From an uncultured Kiritimatiellota bacterium (GTDB taxonomy: Bacteria > Verrucomicrobiota > Kiritimatiellia > RFP12 > DVOR01): 64,000 nt of DNA. The notes under the pieces are model-generated. The model was given only the letters and a program-made list of their open reading frames with translations, did not search any database and had not been told where the DNA came from. How positions within the stretch are numbered: the first letter of the stretch is position 1; each line of letters opens with the position of its first letter. Location of the stretch: contig CALXMW010000001.1 in the NCBI GenBank assembly GCA_944389585.1, forward strand, positions 7,748 to 71,747. Reading direction: 5' to 3'. Positions 57,629 to 64,000 of the stretch are shown here, piece by piece. The position numbers were made by a program, and so were the translations under genes.

Positions 57629-59178
57629 CACGCCTCCGGTTCGCCCTCGGGCGCGGCTTCGGCCTCGGGCGGGGGCGCGTCCTCGCGGGGGCCGTGGACG
57701 TCGTAGCCGATGAGGCGGCAATCCAGCGGGCCGTTCTTGAAGTTCAGGATGTCCTTGTGCCGCAGGCGGATTTTCAGGGAGAGCGGCTTCGAGGAGGTGA
57801 GCACCCAGGCCGTCCAGCCGGCGGGGACGGCGTCGTGGAGCCAGTCGCCGATGCCCGCGTAGAGCGGCTCGAGGGCCGCCTCGTCCTCCAAGCGCTCGCC
57901 GTAAGGCGGGTTCATGAAGAGGATGCCGGGGGTTTTGGGCAGGGGGGTGTCGGTGAAGTCTTCCACGAAGAAGTCGACGTTCTGGCCCACGCCGGCGGCG
58001 TTCGCGTTGCGGTCGGCGATGTCGACGGCTTTCTCCTCCCAGTCCACGCCGATGATTTTGGGGAGGTCGGGGTCGTCAAAGGGGCGTTCGGCGGCCTTGG
58101 CCTGCGCCACCATCTCGCGCCAGATCTCGTGCGGGGTGGCGCCGAAGCGCTTGCGGACGCTGACGCCGGCGCGCTCGCCGGGGATGACGCTGTCCCACCC
58201 CTTCAGGTGCATGAAGGCAAAGTCGGCGCGGAAGGTGCCGGGGGCGATGCCGCGGGCCCAGAGGGCGGCCTCGATGGCCGGCGTGCCCGAGCCGCTGAAG
58301 GGCACGACGAAGGGGGCCTTGCGGTCCCAGCCGGTGGCCATGACGCAGGCGGCGGCGAGGGCCTCCTGCATGGGCGCGAGCCAGCCTTCCTTGCGGTAGC
58401 CGCGGCGCGAGAGGGAGCCGCCGGAGGTGTCCAGGTAGATTTTCGCGTGGGTGCCTTCCCACCAGAGGAAGACGGCCGCGCCGGGGGTGCCTTCGGTCAG
58501 GCGCGAGCCGAAGGTGCGCTCGTGGCGGCGCTTGAGAGTCTGGAAGTCGATGCGCGAGAGGGGCAGCTCGCCGGACATCAGGTCGTAGCCGTCCACCTCC
58601 ACCAGGAGCTCGGCGCGCTCCTGCTCGGGGGGCAGGCCGGCGAGCCAATCCTCGAGGGCGGCGCGCACCAAGCGCATGGCGCCGCGCAGGGGAGCGTGGC
58701 GGTTGAGCAGCTCCTTGCCGTCGGCCTCGACGCGCACGGGCACATAATCACCCACGGTGGGGCGGCGGCCGCACTTGGCGCGCATCCGGTCGACAATCGC
58801 GTCTTTGAGTCGCAGGGTGGGCATCCGCGAGTCGCGGATGGTCTCGACGTTGGTCGTCGCGTTGCTGACGAAGAAGGGCTGGTCGACGTCAAGCACCTGC
58901 TCCCAGGGGGCGTAGTAGGCCAGGCGATAGAGGTCGTCGAGCGTACGGCAGCGCACGTCCTGCACGAAAGGCCAGAGTACGCGCTGGGCCGTGCGCAGGT
59001 GGAGGTTCAGGCGCATGATGTCGCGGCAGGCGTTCTTGGCGCGGATGCCTACCATCGTCTCGTTGTCGCCGAGGATCTCGTAGCCCATCTCGTCAAGCTC
59101 GCGGCGCAGGAAGGGGACAATCCCCTTGCCGCAGGAGATGGCGAGCGTCGTCTTGTCCGTCCAAAGGTTGCGCATCTG
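57628..59178 (-). CDS. THUMP-domain class I SAM-dependent RNA methyltransferase (RlmL-like)
   Basis: 516 aa from MRNLWTDKTTL; THUMP N-terminus; NPPY motif (FMNPPYGERL). Confidence 0.8.
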   Translation of the reverse strand, partial: QMRNLWTDKTTLAISCGKGIVPFLRRELDEMGYEILGDNETMVGIRAKNACRDIMRLNLHLRTAQRVLWPFVQDVRCRTLDDLYRLAYYAPWEQVLDVDQPFFVSNATTNVETIRDSRMPTLRLKDAIVDRMRAKCGRRPTVGDYVPVRVEADGKELLNRHAPLRGAMRLVRAALEDWLAGLPPEQERAELLVEVDGYDLMSGELPLSRIDFQTLKRRHERTFGSRLTEGTPGAAVFLWWEGTHAKIYLDTSGGSLSRRGYRKEGWLAPMQEALAAACVMATGWDRKAPFVVPFSGSGTPAIEAALWARGIAPGTFRADFAFMHLKGWDSVIPGERAGVSVRKRFGATPHEIWREMVAQAKAAERPFDDPDLPKIIGVDWEEKAVDIADRNANAAGVGQNVDFFVEDFTDTPLPKTPGILFMNPPYGERLEDEAALEPLYAGIGDWLHDAVPAGWTAWVLTSSKPLSLKIRLRHKDILNFKNGPLDCRLIGYDVHGPREDAPPPEAEAAPEGEPEA

Positions 59179-59186
59179 CCGCCCCC

Positions 59187-60452
<1,266 letters not shown>

Positions 60453-60484
60453 AGCCAAACTTCCTCTCAAAAAACGAAACACTT

Positions 60485-60500
60485 CATTATAGCACATCCC
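60485..60500 (-). promoter_or_regulatory. candidate promoter of icd (minus strand GGGATGTGCTATAATG; TGnTATAAT)
   Basis: Textbook extended -10 about 35 nt upstream of icd ATG 60452. Confidence 0.5.
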
Positions 60501-60574
60501 GGCCCCCTCCGCCCATCCCGCCGCCGGGCGGCCCCCGGGGCGGGGCGCGGCCGTGCGGGGTTTGATTGGGGGGC

Positions 60575-60590
60575 GGGGATTTGGTAGACT
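60575..60590 (+). promoter_or_regulatory. candidate promoter of gspF (GGGGATTTGGTAGACT)
   Basis: The -10 TAGACT ends 9 nt before ATG 60600, so gspF looks leaderless; the GTG at 60591 cannot be the start. Confidence 0.4.
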
Positions 60591-60599
60591 GTGGGCGTT

Positions 60600-61838
60600 A
60601 TGGCGAGTTTTGGCTACGTGGCGCTGAATGGGCAACGGGCGAAGGTGACGGGGTCTGTCGAGGCCGCGGACCGGCGCGGCGCGTTGCTGGCGCTGAAAAG
60701 CCAGGGGCTGACGCCGCTCTCCATCGCCGAGCAAACGCCGGAGAAGGGGGAAAAGGGCGCGAAAGGCTCGTTCTGGACGCTCTCCTCTGGCCCGGCCAAG
60801 AAGATGAAGCCCTCGGAGGTGCTCCTCTTCACCTCGGAGCTCGCCGACCTCATCGAGGCGGGGATGACGTTGGGCGCGGCGCTCAACTCCCTGGCGAACC
60901 AGGGCGACCCGAACAGCGGCATCTGCGTGGTGGCGGCGGATTTGCGCGACCGGATCATGCGCGGTGAGGCCTTCTCGGACGCTGTGGGCGCGCACCCCGA
61001 GACCTTCCCGGGCATCTACGGCAACATGGTGCGCGCGGGCGAGGCCTCCGGCGCGATGGTCGAGGTGCTCCACCGCCTGACGGAGCATTACGAGCGCAAC
61101 CAATCGATGCGCAGCAAGATCGTCTCGGCGCTGACCTACCCCTGCATCGTCCTGGGAATGGGCGTGCTGGCGGTGATCTTCGCGATGATCAAGATCGTGC
61201 CGCAGTTCACCGAGCTCTTCGCCAGCATGGGCAAAGAGCTGCCCCTGCCCACGCGCATCCTCATGGGGATGAGCGAGGGGCTGCTGAAATACGGCCTCCT
61301 CTACGCCATCGCCGGCGTCGCGGCCATGGCGCTGCTGCGCAAATGGTGCAAGGGCCCCGGCCGGATGAAGTGGGACGCCTTCAAGCTGCGGATGCCCCTG
61401 GTGCGCGGCCTGGTGGCCAACGGCGCCTACGCCTCGCTCGCCTACACGATGCAGACCCTGCTGGCCAACGGCGTGAACGTCCTCCAAGCCCTGCGCATCT
61501 CCGAGGAGACCTGCGGCAACGCCGTCATCGGCGCGGAGCTCAGGAAGGCGCGCGAGCGCGTCACCGACGGCACCACCATCTCCGGCCCCCTGGCCCAAGG
61601 CGGCGTCTTCCCCCGCATGATGACCGACATGATGGCCCTGGGCGAGCAGACGGGCAACCTGCCCGGCGCGCTCGGCCACATCGGCAAACGCTACGAGGCG
61701 GAGCTGAACCGCAACATCAAGGTTTTCACCACCGCGCTGGAGCCCCTGCTGATCTTGCTGGTGGCGCTGGTGGTGGGGTTCGTGGCCATCGCCATCCTCT
61801 CGGCGGTCTTCTCGGCCACGTCGGCAATGGGCCAATAA
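60600..61838 (+). CDS. gspF: type II secretion / type IV pilus platform protein GspF/PilC
   Basis: 412 aa; two T2SS-F domains, three TM helices. Confidence 0.85.
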   Translation: MASFGYVALNGQRAKVTGSVEAADRRGALLALKSQGLTPLSIAEQTPEKGEKGAKGSFWTLSSGPAKKMKPSEVLLFTSELADLIEAGMTLGAALNSLANQGDPNSGICVVAADLRDRIMRGEAFSDAVGAHPETFPGIYGNMVRAGEASGAMVEVLHRLTEHYERNQSMRSKIVSALTYPCIVLGMGVLAVIFAMIKIVPQFTELFASMGKELPLPTRILMGMSEGLLKYGLLYAIAGVAAMALLRKWCKGPGRMKWDAFKLRMPLVRGLVANGAYASLAYTMQTLLANGVNVLQALRISEETCGNAVIGAELRKARERVTDGTTISGPLAQGGVFPRMMTDMMALGEQTGNLPGALGHIGKRYEAELNRNIKVFTTALEPLLILLVALVVGFVAIAILSAVFSATSAMGQ

Positions 61839-61857
61839 GCCCGGAAAGGACACGGAC

Positions 61858-62250
61858 ATGAGCATGAAACGCAACAGCCGCCGCGCCGGCTTCACCCTGG
61901 TGGAACTCCTGCTGGTGATCACCATCCTGGGCATCCTCGGCACGGTGGTCGTCGTCAACTTCGGCGACGTCGGCGGGCGCGCCCGCGCCGAGACCACCCG
62001 CCAATCCATCGCCGCCATCGCCCAAGCCTGCGAGATGTACCGCGTCCAGGTCGGCCGCGGCTACCCCAAGAGCCTCGAAGACCTCACCGTGGGCATCAAC
62101 GACGAGGAACCCCTCCTCAAAAGCAGCGACCTGAACGACGGCTGGGGCGCCCCCTTCGAGTACAAGACCGAAAACGGCAACAAGAAATACACCCTCCGCT
62201 CCGCCGGCCCCGACGGCCAGATGAACACCGAGGACGACATCACCAACTGA
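61858..62250 (+). CDS. gspG: type II secretion major pseudopilin GspG (prepilin-type N-terminus)
   Basis: 130 aa; [20 protein letters not shown] cleavage/methylation motif; GspG C-terminal domain. Confidence 0.85.
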   Translation: MSMKRNSRRAGFTLVELLLVITILGILGTVVVVNFGDVGGRARAETTRQSIAAIAQACEMYRVQVGRGYPKSLEDLTVGINDEEPLLKSSDLNDGWGAPFEYKTENGNKKYTLRSAGPDGQMNTEDDITN

Positions 62251-62257
62251 GGCCCCC

Positions 62258-63931
62258 ATGACGCTGGACGACACCATCGAAGTGGCCGTCGACGGCGAGC
62301 CCGGCGAACGCGCCGTGCCCCACGGCGCGCACCTGGGCGACATCCTCCCCAAAACCGTGGGCGGCCTGCCCACCATCGCCGCGCTGGTGAACAACGACGT
62401 CCTCCCCCTGGACACCCCCATGGTGGTGGACGCCCGCCTCAAACCCCTCACGCTGGCCGACGAGGAAGGCTGGCAGGTCTACCGCCGCACCCTCTGCTTC
62501 CTCCTGGCCAAGGTCTTGCACGCCGCCTTCCCCGAAACCCATTGCCGCGTGCGCCAAAGCTTCGGCCACAACGCCCTCTTCTGGTCCTGGGACGTGCCCG
62601 AGGCCGAGCGCGAGGCCAAGGTGGCCGCCCTGCGCGGCCAACTGGCCGCCCTCGTCGCGCGCGACGCGCCCATCTCCCACCGCGTCGTGGGCTACGAACA
62701 GATGCTCCAAGGCTTCCGCGAGCACGGCCAGCGCGACAAGGCGCTCCTCCTGGAGCACCGCAACCCGCCCTATCTGGGCATGGCCGTCTGCGAGGGCTTC
62801 TACGACCTGCCCCAAGGCGTGCTGGCCACCCGCACCGGCGTCATCCGCCTCTTCGACATCCTCCCCCTGCGCGACGGTTTCGTCCTCGAGTTCCCCGGCT
62901 TCAAGACGCCCACCGAGCTCGACCCCATGCCGCCCTACGACTTCCTCTTCGAGGTCTACGCCGAGCACCTGCGCTGGGGCGAGATCATCGGCATCCGCAA
63001 CGCCGGCGAGCTCAACGCCGCCATCGCCGACGGCTCCGTGGCCGACGTCATCAACACCGTCGAGGCCCTCCACGAAAAGCGCCTCTCCGCCTTCGCCGAC
63101 CGCATCGCCGCGCGCACGCCCCGCCCCCACCTCGTCCTCGTGGCCGGCCCCAGTTCCGCCGGGAAGACCACCTTCGCCATGCGCCTGTGTACCCACCTGC
63201 GCGTGCTGGGCCTGCGCCCCACCCTCCTCTCCACCGACAACTACTTCGTGGGGGACAGGCGCAACCCGCGCGACGAGCACGGCAACCTGGACTACGAATG
63301 CCTCCAGGCCGTCGACGTGCCCCGCCTGAACGCCGACCTCCTCAAGCTCCTCGCCGGCGAGGCCATCCCCCTGCGCAAGTTCAACTTCCGCGAGCACGAA
63401 GGCTACGACTCCGACGAGACGCTGACGCTGGACCGCGCGCGCGGCATCCTCGTCATCGAGGGCATCCACGCCCTGAACCCCGACCTCACCCCCGAGATCC
63501 CGCGCCAGGAAAAGTTCCTCATCTACGTCAACGTCCTCACCCAAGTGGCCATCGACAGCCACAACCGCGTCTCCACCCTCGACAACCGCCTCCTGCGCCG
63601 CATGGTGCGCGACGGCCAATTCCGCGGCCGCAGCCCCCTCGAGACGCTCCGCCTCTGGCCCAGCGTCCGCGCCGGCGAGGACAGGTGGGTCACCCCCTTC
63701 CAACACCACGCCGACGCCGTCTTCAACACCGCCCTCGACTACGAGATCCCCGTCCTGAAGACCCTCGCCAGGCCCCTGCTCAACCAAATCAAGCCCCACC
63801 ACCGCGAGTACGTCATCGCCCGGCGCCTCTCCTGCTTCCTGCAGAACTTCGCCTCCATGCCGATGGCCGACGTGCCCACCAACTCCATCCTGCGCGAGTA
63901 CCTCGGCGCCTCGCGCCTCCGCTACAAGTAA
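62258..63931 (+). CDS. PRK/uridine-kinase-family P-loop kinase with N-terminal TGS/ThrRS-like domain
   Basis: 557 aa; Walker A AGPSSAGKTT in the C-terminal half; udk-like blocks (LLSTDNYF, ILVIEGIHALNP). Confidence 0.7.
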   Translation: MTLDDTIEVAVDGEPGERAVPHGAHLGDILPKTVGGLPTIAALVNNDVLPLDTPMVVDARLKPLTLADEEGWQVYRRTLCFLLAKVLHAAFPETHCRVRQSFGHNALFWSWDVPEAEREAKVAALRGQLAALVARDAPISHRVVGYEQMLQGFREHGQRDKALLLEHRNPPYLGMAVCEGFYDLPQGVLATRTGVIRLFDILPLRDGFVLEFPGFKTPTELDPMPPYDFLFEVYAEHLRWGEIIGIRNAGELNAAIADGSVADVINTVEALHEKRLSAFADRIAARTPRPHLVLVAGPSSAGKTTFAMRLCTHLRVLGLRPTLLSTDNYFVGDRRNPRDEHGNLDYECLQAVDVPRLNADLLKLLAGEAIPLRKFNFREHEGYDSDETLTLDRARGILVIEGIHALNPDLTPEIPRQEKFLIYVNVLTQVAIDSHNRVSTLDNRLLRRMVRDGQFRGRSPLETLRLWPSVRAGEDRWVTPFQHHADAVFNTALDYEIPVLKTLARPLLNQIKPHHREYVIARRLSCFLQNFASMPMADVPTNSILREYLGASRLRYK

Positions 63932-63940
63932 AGGAACGAC

Positions 63941-64000
63941 ATGGCAGAACCCACCATCGGACGTCTGGTCGCCGGCGAGGAAACGCAGGTGCGCCGCGCC
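63941..64000 (+). CDS. start of an unidentified CDS (3'-truncated by window edge)
   Basis: ATG 63941 after RBS aaaggaacgac; only 20 codons visible. Confidence 0.3.
   Translation, partial: MAEPTIGRLVAGEETQVRRA

Overview
This is a high-GC (~70%) chromosomal window from a bacterium with Gram-negative-type envelope genes (LpxI, AsmA-like, Tad pilus, T2SS parts) and anaerobic capacity ([FeFe]-hydrogenase-like protein, Rex). I call about 60 protein genes and two tRNAs, both on the minus strand. There is no CRISPR array, transposase or integrase. Most genes are housekeeping: accD/accA, leuA, ispD/ispH, polA, icd, glgA/glgB, smpB, secG, tatA, rpoZ, hrpB. Several envelope and secretion loci sit between them. 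One is a Tad/Flp pilus operon whose CpaF ATPase carries an N-terminal FHA domain, followed by three uncharacterised genes. Others are a MoxR-DUF58 pair and an orphan gspF-gspG pair. A tight six-gene cluster looks most like an undescribed system: TatD hydrolase, a 1008-aa Ser/Thr kinase, a PyrK-like flavoprotein, a secreted Cys-rich zinc-finger protein, a UbiA prenyltransferase and a 701-aa unknown. Non-coding signals worth a look: a recurring extended -10 promoter motif upstream of at least 15 transcription units, several of them leaderless; a Leu-rich leader peptide plus attenuator hairpin before leuA; a 6-copy ~23-bp tandem array of CCTTATAAGG palindromes; three CTAGTGGTCG direct repeats before accD; and a G9 tract that frameshifts a metallophosphoesterase gene. 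The many long antisense ORFs in the six-frame track are treated as GC-driven artefacts.
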